DNA of 64,000 nt, from contig PMHJ01000024.1 in the NCBI GenBank assembly GCA_003158175.1, forward strand, positions 15,316-79,315, read 5' to 3'. Of this stretch, positions 9,201-17,822 are shown one piece after another. The notes beneath the pieces were generated by a model. That model was not told the DNA's origin. It saw nothing but the letters and a program-made list of their open reading frames with translations, and did no database searches. The position numbers were made by a program, and so were the translations under genes. The stretch's first letter is position 1, and every line of letters starts with the position of its first letter. This stretch comes from Vulcanimicrobiota bacterium (GTDB lineage Bacteria; Vulcanimicrobiota; Vulcanimicrobiia; Vulcanimicrobiales; Vulcanimicrobiaceae).

Positions 9201-9698
9201 GCCCGCCTGATTCGAGGCGACGTTGACGAGCAGATTCGCTTGCGACGTCTCGGGAAAGGTAAAGCGGCCGATGCCGGTACGCATCGTCACCGTAAGCTCG
9301 GCGCGAACCGCGGGCTCACCCAGCGAGACCGCGTACCATCCTGGAGCGCTCTGTTCGCTTGCATGGGAGAACGGCTGAGATGCCGTTGCGGGCGATGACG
9401 GCAGTGCTCCGGCAATCGGTAAGATGCCGAAATCGCCGAAGACGTTACATCCCGGCCCGCTCAGATGCGTTAGGCTCAGGCCCGTGATCTGCTTGTCGCC
9501 GTACTCGTAGCCGCCGCCGGCATTTTGCGACGGCGTATCCGGGCTCCACTGCACCATGCCGAAGGGCAAATCGGCACCCGGGAACGTATCGATCGGGCCG
9601 CCGGCTGGCGTTCCCGACGTGCCGACGAACGTATCGACGAGTGACGTAGGGCCGGCTACCGCCATGAGATTCGCCAGCGCCCAGAAGAGAACGTGCAT
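6213..9698 (-). CDS. GH92 alpha-mannosidase fused to a C-terminal YVTN-type beta-propeller
   Basis: N-terminal ~750 aa carry GH92 hallmarks (GGYEYGDKQITGLSLTHLSGPGC, NEPSLGTPWVY). C-terminal ~400 aa hold repeated (L/V)YV(S/V)N..SN.V(T/G)(P/V)ID blades. The N-terminus is signal-like. Confidence 0.85.
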   Translation of the reverse strand: MHVLFWALANLMAVAGPTSLVDTFVGTSGTPAGGPIDTFPGADLPFGMVQWSPDTPSQNAGGGYEYGDKQITGLSLTHLSGPGCNVFGDFGILPIAGALPSSPATASQPFSHASEQSAPGWYAVSLGEPAVRAELTVTMRTGIGRFTFPETSQANLLVNVASNQAGVLGSNVRIDGSNEISGSATSGFFCGMPDQYTVYFVAQFDRPFRAHGTWQAARLFPDASSAQGPAAGAWLTFDAMQNRKVQIKIGLSFVSTAGARANLAGESSGWNLIGARDRATEKWSAMLHRIAIDGGTTLQQRTFYSAFYHTLLHPNVISDVTGEYRGFDGRVHRVTAGHAEYANYSDWDIYRTEVPLLALVAPSETSDMVQSLVDAYHQEGWLPRWPLVDGATSVMGGDSVDAVIGGAYAFGARAFDARGALAAMIKGATSTQPPPAQGWYFERWELRDQYLQRGYVVNTHTTSVAPVPNGASETLEYALDDFAISRLAQAIGDRSAYRDFFARSSNWATLFDAATGWIAPRDPDGAFMQAPLTENGQSGFQEGNAAQYTWMVPHDLRDLINALGGARAAAAKLDEFFAQLNAGPDKPYAWLGNEPSLGTPWVYLSASEPWRAQAILRQAMTTLYSDTPDGLPGNDDLGTMSAWYVWCAMGLYPQNPAARYLDIGAPLFRSVRIESPSGLTLEVSAPNAATDARYVEALRVDGRTSDKSWIALPDRGEVRLDVTLGATADERWATGPGDAPPSYALRTPAIPVATAAEFVRPANPIVVRTGDGLGTPVTLDVSNRLGETAADVTWRATLPRGLHVDEAGGRISVAARAERAVDLRLTADGAVGSGYYDVRFDGTAPNGARLEHLDLPVRVARGNDWPLMAYATNRFGNSVTPIDLTTGVAANEIAVGEEPRAAALSGDGERLYVVESGANEVGVVDTRAGKRIATVKTGGTPMDAALTPDGKTLWVVSNDDGTVQAIDTATLSAGATVHVGSHPRALAIDAGGSTLYVSNSWSNSVTPIDLRTNAAGGDISVGLRPAGVAISPDGKRLYVVNSASNDVTVVDLGTRQPVARIPVGVDPLAITISPDGRAVYVSNHANSTITPLDPQTNEAAAPIDVGGAPLGVTFTADGKRALVLLSRDNAAVFVDVAARSVGEPIQLGNGPYGIAGPRAVP

Positions 9699-9745
9699 TG
9701 CTGCGCCTGTTGCCCGCGCGCCGCGCCGCTGCCTTCCGATCTACG

Positions 9746-11290
9746 TCACGCTGCTGAGCCGAGCCGTTCCAGACTGCGGTACCCAATGGCTTCGGCTACG
9801 TTCTCGGCCGCAATCGCGTCGTTGCCCGCAAGGTCTGCGATGGTGCGCGCGACGCGAGTAATCCGATCGAGGGCCCGCGCAGAAAACTGACGTTTCGCGC
9901 TAGCATGCGCCAGCAGCCGCAGAGCGGGCTCGTTCAGTTCGCAATAGCGGCGTATCGCGTTGCCGGGAATTTCCGCGTTGCAGGCTAGCGCGCTTCCGGC
10001 AAGCCGGCTTCCTTGAATCTCACGCGCGGCGACGACGCGGCGGCGAATACTCGCGGAGCGCTCGCCGCCGTCGTAGCGCAGCATGTCGTCGAAGGGCACG
10101 CGCGCGACGTCGATCTGCAGGTCGATTCGGTCGAGCAGCGGGCCCGACAGTTTGCTGATGTATTTTGCGACCATCGCGTCGTCGCAACGGCATTCCGCGC
10201 TGCGCGCGCCGCGATAACCGCAGGGACAGGGATTCATCGACGCGACCAGTTGGAAGCGCGCTGGATACGTAAACGTCCCCGCAGCCCGCGCGATGGTCAC
10301 GGTCCCTTCTTCCAACGGCTGCCGCATGACTTCTATGGCGCTTCGCGCGAACTCCGGTAATTCGTCTAGAAAGAGCACGCCGTGATGCGCGAGGGAAATC
10401 TCGCCAGGTTTCACGAGTGCACCGCCGCCGACTAATGCGGTTTGACTGATCGTGTGATGCGGAAACCGAAACGGCCGCGCTCGAACGATGCCGGCGCGCC
10501 CTACGAGCAATCCGGCAACGCTATAGATCTTCGTGACTTCGAGCGCTTCGTGCAGCGACATCGGCGGCAGAATAGACGGCAGCCTGCGAGCCAGCATCGT
10601 TTTTCCGCATCCCGGCGGCCCGACCAATAAGAGGTTGTGACCGCCGGCCGCCGCAATTTCCAGCGCGCGTTTCGCTGCGAGTTGTCCTCGGACGTCGACG
10701 AGGTCGCCGTGAATCGCTTCATCGTTTGCGTCCAGGACGGGAGCGGCGGTGCGGCGTCGCCATTTCGCACCGTGACCCATCAACACCGCAACCGCCGAGC
10801 GCAACGAGTCGATTGCGTACAGCTCGATGCCCGAGACGAGTGCGGCTTCGTCGGCGTTGCAAGCGGGAACGATCAACTTTGAAAAACCGGCGTTGCGCGC
10901 GCCGAGCACCATTGGAAGAATGCCGCTGACCGGTTGCAGCTTGCCATCGAGCGCGAGTTCGCCAAGCGCGATAAGCTCTTGCAATCCGGCGCGGCCGACC
11001 TGCTCGTCGATCCCGAGCAGCGCCAGTGCAATTGCGAGATCGAACGATGGGCCGGCCTTGCGAACGTCGGCCGGCGACAGGTTGACCAGCAGCCGGCCCG
11101 CCGGATAGGAAAACCCCGAGTTAAGAATTGCAGCCCGGACACGTTCTCGCGCCTCGCCCAGTGCGCGATCGGGTAAGCCGATGATGGCGAAGCCGGGGGT
11201 CCCCGGCGCGCTATCGGCCTCGACGCGCACGACATAGCCCTCGATGCCGAGCATCGCGGCTGAAAAGGCGAGCGAGAGCATATGTTGCAT
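9746..11290 (-). CDS. comM: YifB/ComM family Mg-chelatase-like AAA+ ATPase
   Basis: MLSLAFSAAMLGIEGYVVRVEAD N-domain, Walker A GPPGCGKTM, and a C-terminal ChlI-like region. Confidence 0.9.
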   Translation of the reverse strand: MQHMLSLAFSAAMLGIEGYVVRVEADSAPGTPGFAIIGLPDRALGEARERVRAAILNSGFSYPAGRLLVNLSPADVRKAGPSFDLAIALALLGIDEQVGRAGLQELIALGELALDGKLQPVSGILPMVLGARNAGFSKLIVPACNADEAALVSGIELYAIDSLRSAVAVLMGHGAKWRRRTAAPVLDANDEAIHGDLVDVRGQLAAKRALEIAAAGGHNLLLVGPPGCGKTMLARRLPSILPPMSLHEALEVTKIYSVAGLLVGRAGIVRARPFRFPHHTISQTALVGGGALVKPGEISLAHHGVLFLDELPEFARSAIEVMRQPLEEGTVTIARAAGTFTYPARFQLVASMNPCPCGYRGARSAECRCDDAMVAKYISKLSGPLLDRIDLQIDVARVPFDDMLRYDGGERSASIRRRVVAAREIQGSRLAGSALACNAEIPGNAIRRYCELNEPALRLLAHASAKRQFSARALDRITRVARTIADLAGNDAIAAENVAEAIGYRSLERLGSAA

Positions 11291-11349
11291 CTGCGCGCCG
11301 CGACGCCGCCGTCTAGGGGTCGCGCTTCGCGGTCAAGAATGCGCCAGCC

Positions 11350-11946
11350 GTGAATTGGGAGGCGATAAGCGTTTGGGCGCAGGTTGCGACCGCAGTTGGA
11401 CAGCTCGGGACGTTCGTCGTGGTCGGCGGCAGCGTCATCGCCGCGCTCGTTCAACTGCGGCATATGCGCGGCGGCAATCAGTTGCAGGCGCTGCTGTCAC
11501 TCGAGCACGATTTTCGCGGCCCCGAACTGCAGGCGGCGCTCACCTACGTTCAAGAGCATCTGCCGCAGCGGTTGGAAGATCCGGCGTACCGTCGGGATCT
11601 AGATCAGCTCGGGTTTATCGATCCGGGGATGCATCCGGAGATGGTGGCCTGCAACTGGCTCAATGAAATGGGCACTTTGGTCAAGCGAAATCTGGTTTCA
11701 GAAGACACCTTTATGGATCTTTTCGGCCGATTAATCGTACATTGCTGGAAACACCTATCGCCGGCCATCGCCATCATGCGGCGCAAACGCGGCCAAGCGC
11801 AGTACCACGACTTCGAGTACTTGGCGGTACGAGCGGAAGCGTGGCTCCAACGAAATCCGCAGGGCACGTCGCCGCGGCCATTTGCCCGTGCGAAGGTTCC
11901 CGATCCTTGGCTGGCGTTGGATACAGCGCCGGGCGCAGAGCGCTAG
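11350..11946 (+). CDS. Hypothetical membrane-anchored protein (possibly DUF4760-like)
   Basis: 198-aa ORF with a GTG start and one N-terminal TM helix (VATAVGQLGTFVVVGGSVIAALV). I recognise no catalytic motif. Confidence 0.5.
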   Translation: MNWEAISVWAQVATAVGQLGTFVVVGGSVIAALVQLRHMRGGNQLQALLSLEHDFRGPELQAALTYVQEHLPQRLEDPAYRRDLDQLGFIDPGMHPEMVACNWLNEMGTLVKRNLVSEDTFMDLFGRLIVHCWKHLSPAIAIMRRKRGQAQYHDFEYLAVRAEAWLQRNPQGTSPRPFARAKVPDPWLALDTAPGAER

Positions 11947-12138
11947 GAAAACTAAGCCGCCTTTAAGGCCATGCGGGAATCGGCCATAACCCACGAGAGA
12001 ACCTGAGCGCAAAAAAGCCCTTCTCCACAGATTGCACAAGACCAATGTCACAGGTTGTGGACAATATCCAAGAGGCCGGATGTAGCGGGGCGTTCAAAGG
12101 ACCGCCGTTACAGGTCCGTTACTGCATAGGAGAAATCA

Positions 12139-13089
12139 TTGAAACTAGCGCTCGCTCGGATTGCGGCGACGCTCGCCGCGCTTGCCTCGCTAGGTGCCTG
12201 CTCCCACGGAGCCTCCCAGGCGGCGGCCTCGGCGCAGCCAGGCGCCGCCAGGACGGCGCATAAGACGATCGGCGTTTCGATCCAAAATCGTGAGGCGCAA
12301 TTTTACCAGGATATGGAATCCGGCATGCGTGCCGAGGCCGCGAAAGACGGCTACGCCCTCGTTGTCGTGGACGCCAGCCGTGACAACGCGCGCCAACAGA
12401 GCCAAGTCGAAGATTTTATCTCCAAGCACGTCGATGCCATTGTCCTGACGCCGTACGATTCGGCGGCGATTGGCAGCGCGATCGCCGAGGCGAACGCCGC
12501 GAAGATTCCCGTCTTCACGGCGGACATTGCGAGCACGAGCAGTCAAGGGCATGTGGTAGCGCACATTGCCAGCGACAACGTGCAGGGTGGATTTGAGGCA
12601 GGCAAACTGATCTGCACGGCCGTCGGAAAGAGCGGCGCTATCGCAATCGTCGACGAGCCCGAGGTAACCAGCGTTCAGGATCGCGTCAAAGGCTTCAAAC
12701 AAGCGATCGCGCAGCTCTGCCCGGGCGTCACGATCGTTGCCGACGTCGATTCGGGTGGAACGCGCGATAAGGCGAGCAGCGATACCGGCGACATTCTGCA
12801 AGCGCATCACGATCTCAAAGGCATCTTTGGAATCAACGACGATTCGGCGCTCGGCGCGCTCGCTGCGGTTCGCGCCGCCGGGCTAACCGGAAAGGTTGCA
12901 ATCGTTGGTTACGACGCGACGCCCGAGGCGCGGCGCGCAATTGCAGCCGGCGAAATGTACGGCGATGCCATTCAGTATCCGGTCAGAATCGGTTCGACGA
13001 CGATTGACGTAATCCGCGATTACTTCGCCGGGAAGAAGCCGCCGGCGTTCGTCAAGATTCCCGTCGGCGCGTTTACGAAGTCCCCATAG
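12139..13089 (+). CDS. Sugar (ribose-type) ABC transporter substrate-binding lipoprotein
   Basis: AGGAGA SD followed by TTG. Lipobox LASLGAC. Periplasmic-binding-protein type I sequence (IGVSIQNREAQFYQDM...). Confidence 0.85.
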   Translation: MKLALARIAATLAALASLGACSHGASQAAASAQPGAARTAHKTIGVSIQNREAQFYQDMESGMRAEAAKDGYALVVVDASRDNARQQSQVEDFISKHVDAIVLTPYDSAAIGSAIAEANAAKIPVFTADIASTSSQGHVVAHIASDNVQGGFEAGKLICTAVGKSGAIAIVDEPEVTSVQDRVKGFKQAIAQLCPGVTIVADVDSGGTRDKASSDTGDILQAHHDLKGIFGINDDSALGALAAVRAAGLTGKVAIVGYDATPEARRAIAAGEMYGDAIQYPVRIGSTTIDVIRDYFAGKKPPAFVKIPVGAFTKSP

Positions 13090-13090
13090 C

Positions 13091-14590
13091 GTGCTGGCGC
13101 CGCTGCTCGAGATGCGCGGCATCGGGAAAAGCTTTCCCGGGGTTCGAGCGCTCTCCGACGTCTCGTTGACGCTCGCGGCGGGCGAAGTGCTGGTCTTGGT
13201 AGGCGAAAACGGCGCCGGCAAATCCACGCTGATGAGGATTCTGGCTGGCGCGCTTCACGCCGACAGCGGACAGATCTCGATCGACGGTGCGCCGGTGGAG
13301 ATCGATTCGCCGCTGCGAGCGCAGCATTTGGGCATCGGCATGATCTATCAGGAGTTTACGCTCGTGCCGCAGTTGACGGCAGTTGCCAACGTCACGCTCG
13401 GAGCCGAGCCGACGCGCGGTGGACTGATCGATTCGAGAGCGGCCGTCCAACGCGCGATGCGCGTCTTCGACGAGCTCGGCCTGCGCGTGCCGCTCGACGT
13501 TCCCGTCGCCAAGCTCTCCGTCGGGCAGCAGCAACTCGTCGAGATCGCCAAGGTCTTGGCGAGATCGGCGCGGATCATCGTGATGGACGAGCCGACCGCG
13601 GCGCTCGCCGACCGAGAGATTGAAGGTCTCTTTGCAATCGTTGCGATTTTGCGAAGGGCCGGAGTCGGCATCATCTACATCTCGCATCGGATGGAAGAGC
13701 TCTCGCGAATCGCCGACCGCATCGCGGTGATGCGCGACGGAAGCATCGTGGAAACGCGTCCGGCAAAGGACTTTTCCGGCGAAGATATTATTCGCGCGAT
13801 GGTCGGACGCAAGCTCGACTCGCACTTCCCAAAGCTGCCCCCTGCAGCAAACGACGCGGCGGTGCGGCTGCAAGTGGAGGGTCTCTCGCGAACGCCCGCT
13901 TTCCAGGACGTCGCGTTTCGCGTGCGCGCCGGCGAGATCGTCGGTTTGGCCGGCCTCATCGGCGCGGGGCGAACGGAAATTCTGCGGGCTATCGCCGGGG
14001 CCGACGTACCGGATCGCGGCGAGGTTCGCATCGACGACCGGCGTTTGCGGCCGGGCGACATCGCCGGCGCCATCGCCGCCGGCGTGGCGTTCATTACCGA
14101 AGACCGCAAGGCGCAAGGCCTGGTGCTGGGGATGAGCGTCCGCGAGAACGTCTCGCTCGCGCATCTCGCCGACTTTGTCGATCGGGATCTGCTGATCGAT
14201 GTCACGCGCGAGCGAAGCGCCGCGACGCGAATGATTGCGGACCTGCAGATTCGGACGCCGAGCACCGAGCAACTGGTACGCAATCTCTCGGGCGGAACGC
14301 AGCAGAAAGTCGTGCTCGCCAAGTGGCTACTCGGCAACGCAGGCGTCTTTCTCTTCGACGAGCCCACGCGCGGAATCGATATTGGAGCGAAGACCGAAAT
14401 CTACAAGCTCATGCTCGAGCTTCTTGCTCGCGGCGCGGCGATCGTCGTCGCGTCGAGCGATCTTCCGGAAGTCTTGGGCATGGCGCATCGCGTCCTCGTC
14501 GTTCGCGAGGGCCGTATTGCGGCGGAGTTCGTTCGCGACGACGCGACCCCCGAGAAGGTGATCGCCGTGGCCACGGGGGCGGCGGCATGA
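13091..14590 (+). CDS. Sugar ABC transporter ATP-binding protein (duplicated ABC cassette, RbsA-like)
   Basis: Two ABC modules: GENGAGKST with LSVGQQQ, and GLIGAGRTE with LSGGTQQK. Confidence 0.92.
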   Translation: MLAPLLEMRGIGKSFPGVRALSDVSLTLAAGEVLVLVGENGAGKSTLMRILAGALHADSGQISIDGAPVEIDSPLRAQHLGIGMIYQEFTLVPQLTAVANVTLGAEPTRGGLIDSRAAVQRAMRVFDELGLRVPLDVPVAKLSVGQQQLVEIAKVLARSARIIVMDEPTAALADREIEGLFAIVAILRRAGVGIIYISHRMEELSRIADRIAVMRDGSIVETRPAKDFSGEDIIRAMVGRKLDSHFPKLPPAANDAAVRLQVEGLSRTPAFQDVAFRVRAGEIVGLAGLIGAGRTEILRAIAGADVPDRGEVRIDDRRLRPGDIAGAIAAGVAFITEDRKAQGLVLGMSVRENVSLAHLADFVDRDLLIDVTRERSAATRMIADLQIRTPSTEQLVRNLSGGTQQKVVLAKWLLGNAGVFLFDEPTRGIDIGAKTEIYKLMLELLARGAAIVVASSDLPEVLGMAHRVLVVREGRIAAEFVRDDATPEKVIAVATGAAA

Positions 14591-15588
14591 CGCAGCGCGA
14601 CCGGCTGTGGTACTGGCTGCGTATCGTGGCGGCCCTGGCATTCTTGGTCGCGATGATCGCGATCGTCGACGTCGCATCGCACGGCTCGTTCCTCGAGCCG
14701 AGCAATATCGTCCGCGTGCTGCGTCAGATCACATACAACTGCGTGCTGGGCATCGGCCAAACGTTCGTCATCATCACTTCCGGCATCGATCTCTCGGTAG
14801 GATCGCTCGTGGCGTTGACCGGCGTCGTCGCGGCGCTCTTTGCCAACTCGGTGCATTTGACCGGCTTTCCCCTGATCGCCGCAACGCTCATCGTAGCGGT
14901 CGCGGTCGGCTGCGCGGCCGGCTGGGTCAACGCCTTACCGGTCGTCAAGCTCAATCTGCCGCCGTTCATAACGACGCTTGCGATGCTCGAGATGGCGCTC
15001 GGAGCATCATTCATTCTCTCGCATGGGCGGCCGGTCGCCCTGCAGAGCTCGGACTTCGAGAATACGGGAATCGGGTCGTTCATGGGCGGCGTCACGAACG
15101 CGCTGCATCTGCCGAGCATTCCCGTCCCGGTGATTTGGATGCTCGTCGTCATCGTCGCGGCATCGGTTCTCTTGAATCGGACGCGCTTTGGGCGCTACGT
15201 CTTCGCCATTGGCGGCAACGAAGAGGCGGCGCGCCTAGCCGGCATCAACGTCGCGCGCGTCAAGACGACCGTCTACATGATTAGCGGCGGCTGCGCCGCT
15301 ATCGTGGGCTTCTTATACATGGCCCTTTTCTCGTCGGGATCGCCCCAGACGGGAACCGGCGACGAACTGCTAGAGTCCATCGCGGCCGTCGTCGTAGGCG
15401 GCACGAGCTTGATGGGAGGGCGCGGCAGCGTGATCGGCACCTTCTTCGGTGCGCTCCTCATCGGGGTGCTTTACAACGCGATGAACCTACTCAACGTGGA
15501 TTCGTATCTGCAGAAGGTGCTGCTCGGTGCGGTGATCCTGCTCGCCGTCGTCCTCGACGAGTTGAGAAAACGCTACCTAGCGAAGTAG
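14587..15588 (+). CDS. Sugar ABC transporter permease (RbsC/BPD type 2)
   Basis: ATGA overlap with the ATPase stop. The product MTQRDRLWYWLRIVAALAFL... is multi-TM. The upstream part of ORF 14323..15588 is an out-of-frame shadow of the ATPase gene. Confidence 0.9.
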   Translation: MTQRDRLWYWLRIVAALAFLVAMIAIVDVASHGSFLEPSNIVRVLRQITYNCVLGIGQTFVIITSGIDLSVGSLVALTGVVAALFANSVHLTGFPLIAATLIVAVAVGCAAGWVNALPVVKLNLPPFITTLAMLEMALGASFILSHGRPVALQSSDFENTGIGSFMGGVTNALHLPSIPVPVIWMLVVIVAASVLLNRTRFGRYVFAIGGNEEAARLAGINVARVKTTVYMISGGCAAIVGFLYMALFSSGSPQTGTGDELLESIAAVVVGGTSLMGGRGSVIGTFFGALLIGVLYNAMNLLNVDSYLQKVLLGAVILLAVVLDELRKRYLAK

Positions 15589-15597
15589 TTCCGCGCT

Positions 15598-15707
15598 GTC
15601 ACCCTGGCAGCACCCACTGTCATCCTGACCGCTCCCGGTGTCATCCTGACCGCTCCCGGTGTCATCCTGACCGCTCCCGGTGTCATCCTGAGCCTGTCGA
15701 AGGATGA
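15598..15707 (+). repeat. Tandem 21-bp repeat array ending in a hairpin module (GTCATCCTGA family)
   Basis: Degenerate unit at 15598-15618. Three perfect GTCATCCTGACCGCTCCCGGT units at 15619-15681. Terminal GTCATCCTGAGCCTGTCGAAGGATGA at 15682-15707, where TCATCCT pairs with AGGATGA. Confidence 0.9.
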
Positions 15708-15784
15708 TTGCGTCTGACGGCGTCGGGGCGAGCTGCGCGCTGCATCGGGTCGCTAGCCTACCCCAGCGCGCAGCCGCCTTTCCG

Positions 15785-16219
15785 CTAGAGGTCGCCGCAG
15801 GAAACGTAGTGAGCTAGATTCGCAGCGCTCTCGTGGACGTTGATCGCATACTTGGCTTTCTTGAGGTCCGCGATCGTGAGACCCTTGATGGTCGTCACGG
15901 AGACGCCCTTGATAACGTTGGAGAGCCCTTTCCAGGGCGCTGGATTCAACTTTGCGCAGGTACCTTGGTGGATGTGCGCGGGTTCCGAAGCTCCGGCCGG
16001 CTCGTTCTTCACTTGCAGCTTCACTTTCAAGCCGGCGGAGGTGTCGTTCAGGAAGGCCTGACCGTCTTGTTTCGAACCATTTTGTGCGCCGAGATTGATG
16101 GTCATCGCGTGCGGTGACATCGCATTGTCAACGTGGTTCATCGTATTCGTCGCGGCCAACGCCTGCGCGACAAAAGCCAGAGCGATTGCCGGAACGAGGA
16201 GCGAGTGCCCAAGTTTCAC
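15785..16219 (-). CDS. Secreted CHRD-like domain protein
   Basis: GGAGG lies 7 nt upstream of GTG 16219. Signal peptide VKLGHSLLVPAIALAFVAQALA. The motifs AHIHQGTC and YAINVHES resemble the CHRD HIH.G / VNVH signatures. Confidence 0.6.
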   Translation of the reverse strand: MKLGHSLLVPAIALAFVAQALAATNTMNHVDNAMSPHAMTINLGAQNGSKQDGQAFLNDTSAGLKVKLQVKNEPAGASEPAHIHQGTCAKLNPAPWKGLSNVIKGVSVTTIKGLTIADLKKAKYAINVHESAANLAHYVSCGDL

Positions 16220-16324
16220 AAAAAATACCTCCAAAAAAGCTGGGTTGCGCTTGGAGGCCTATTACCCCGGCGCGATGCTCTCCACACGCGCCGGCCGAGG
16301 TTCCTTCGGCCGTTTAACGATCGG

Positions 16325-16984
16325 CTAGAACGGGAAGTCGGCTTGCGTTAGTCCGACGTTGGTTTTGAGATCGGTAACGTTTTCGTCGAGGACGACCTGC
16401 GAGCCGGAGTACATGATCTGGCGAACCGGCCAGTGCGTCTCTTTCGATAGGTAGAGAATTTGATCGGAGACGCCGTTGTTCGAGGCCGGGTCGGTGACCT
16501 TGAGCTCGATGCGATCGGTGTCGACGCCCTGGACCTTCCCCCCGTCGACCTGCGTGAGCTTTCCGGGAATCGTGGCGTAGTTATCGACGATGCGCTGCAT
16601 CAAACCCTCGGGAATCGTCACGCCGCGCAGCGAAACGGCGCGTGGATCGTGCAGGCCGATCTTCAAGTGAATGCCGGAAAGAAAACCGCCTTGATGTCCG
16701 CTGACTTGATCGCCGCCTGTCCAAACGCCGCCGGAGCCTTTGCCATCGCCGTCGAGGATCAGCGTCTTCACGTAATGCGGCTTCATGAACTCGTACTGGT
16801 AGACGCGGTCTTGCGTTGCCGTACCTTTTGCCTCGTGAACGTGCAAGGTGCACGTGTAGTCGTTGATGCCGGCAAAGGCTTTGTCGAACGCCGCAATTGC
16901 GGGTGCCACATTCGCGCCCCGCGCCGCCAAGTAACTCACCCCGACGAGCGCAATGCAAAGTGGCAACGAACGTCGGATATTCAC
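16325..16984 (-). CDS. Secreted hypothetical protein (LolA-like/DUF1571-like fold is a guess)
   Basis: GAGGAGA SD followed by GTG 16984. Signal peptide VNIRRSLPLCIALVGVSYLAARG. Function unknown. Confidence 0.55.
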   Translation of the reverse strand: MNIRRSLPLCIALVGVSYLAARGANVAPAIAAFDKAFAGINDYTCTLHVHEAKGTATQDRVYQYEFMKPHYVKTLILDGDGKGSGGVWTGGDQVSGHQGGFLSGIHLKIGLHDPRAVSLRGVTIPEGLMQRIVDNYATIPGKLTQVDGGKVQGVDTDRIELKVTDPASNNGVSDQILYLSKETHWPVRQIMYSGSQVVLDENVTDLKTNVGLTQADFPF

Positions 16985-17001
16985 GATTCTCTCCTCAAAC
17001 T

Positions 17002-17622
17002 TTAAGCTTGCTGCGAATTGGATTGAGCGCTCTCGTCTATCAGCAGCGTACCGTGCTTGCCTTCGACGCCGATCAGCACATCGCATTTTGCATCGGCTGC
17101 GATCTCATCGATCACGCGGCCGAGCGGCGCGCCGCTGTATTTCCCCTCGCGGTACGAACCCAAGATGATCAAATCCGCCTTCTCGCGCTTGGCGACGTCG
17201 AGAACCGCCTGCTTCGTCGAACGAGCTTTGATCGTCTCGGTGCGAATCACGACGTTGTTCTTGTTCGCGATCGTTTCCGCGGCGCCGAGCGCGTCGAGAG
17301 CCGCTCTTTCCTCCAACGTCATTTCCGCATCGGGCGGCAGCGTGTACGGCACTTCGATCACATAGAGCGCCAGCAACTCGGATCGCTCTCCTCGCGCCAG
17401 CTTTGCGGCCAGCGCCATCATGTGTGCCGAGTCGATCTCCGGCGAAAAGGCGACGATCAAGCTGCCCACGATTCGTTCGAGGTTGCGTTCGGCAGCGGCG
17501 GCGATGCGCTGGACGTACGACTCCGGCGGATGAAGCATCCACCAGAGCGTCGCTCCGACGAGTCCGGCGACCAGCAGCGCGATGAGGGCTCCCGCAAGCG
17601 TGACGTGCACTTGGCTGGACAT
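17002..17622 (-). CDS. Membrane-anchored universal stress protein (UspA family)
   Basis: ATG 17622, one TM helix, then a Usp domain (LLALYVIEVP...ADLIILGSYREG...GRVIDEIAADAKCDVLIGV). Confidence 0.8.
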   Translation of the reverse strand: MSSQVHVTLAGALIALLVAGLVGATLWWMLHPPESYVQRIAAAAERNLERIVGSLIVAFSPEIDSAHMMALAAKLARGERSELLALYVIEVPYTLPPDAEMTLEERAALDALGAAETIANKNNVVIRTETIKARSTKQAVLDVAKREKADLIILGSYREGKYSGAPLGRVIDEIAADAKCDVLIGVEGKHGTLLIDESAQSNSQQA

Positions 17623-17627
17623 CGAAA

Positions 17628-17822
17628 TCACATCATTCCACGCACGCGAGCGATGAGCGAGAGCCGGTGAACGCCAAGCGCAATCATCGCCCCGCCCAAA
17701 ACGATGCCGGGAAGAACCGCGAAGCGGCCCTGGGGCAGCGCCTCGGCCATGCGTACGAGAATCACGAGTCCGCACACGATTATCGCTACGGCGAGCAGTC
17801 CGCGAACGAAGAGCCAGGCCAC
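17628..17822 (-). CDS. Small two-TM membrane protein
   Basis: 64-aa hydrophobic ORF wedged between the APC permease stop and usp. Its start overlaps the permease stop. Confidence 0.45.
   Translation of the reverse strand: MAWLFVRGLLAVAIIVCGLVILVRMAEALPQGRFAVLPGIVLGGAMIALGVHRLSLIARVRGMM

Noticed and set aside
11947-12138. Operator-like partial palindrome (CACAAGACC...GGTTGTGG) upstream of the sugar ABC operon
   Set aside because: The symmetry is imperfect, no LacI/RbsR-type regulator is encoded nearby, and it cannot be distinguished from chance.
15598-15707. Short direct repeats that could be mistaken for a CRISPR array
   Set aside because: The units are 21 bp and directly abut one another with no spacers. 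No cas genes occur in the window. The same motif recurs as single or inverted copies at other gene ends, which is REP/MITE-like behaviour.
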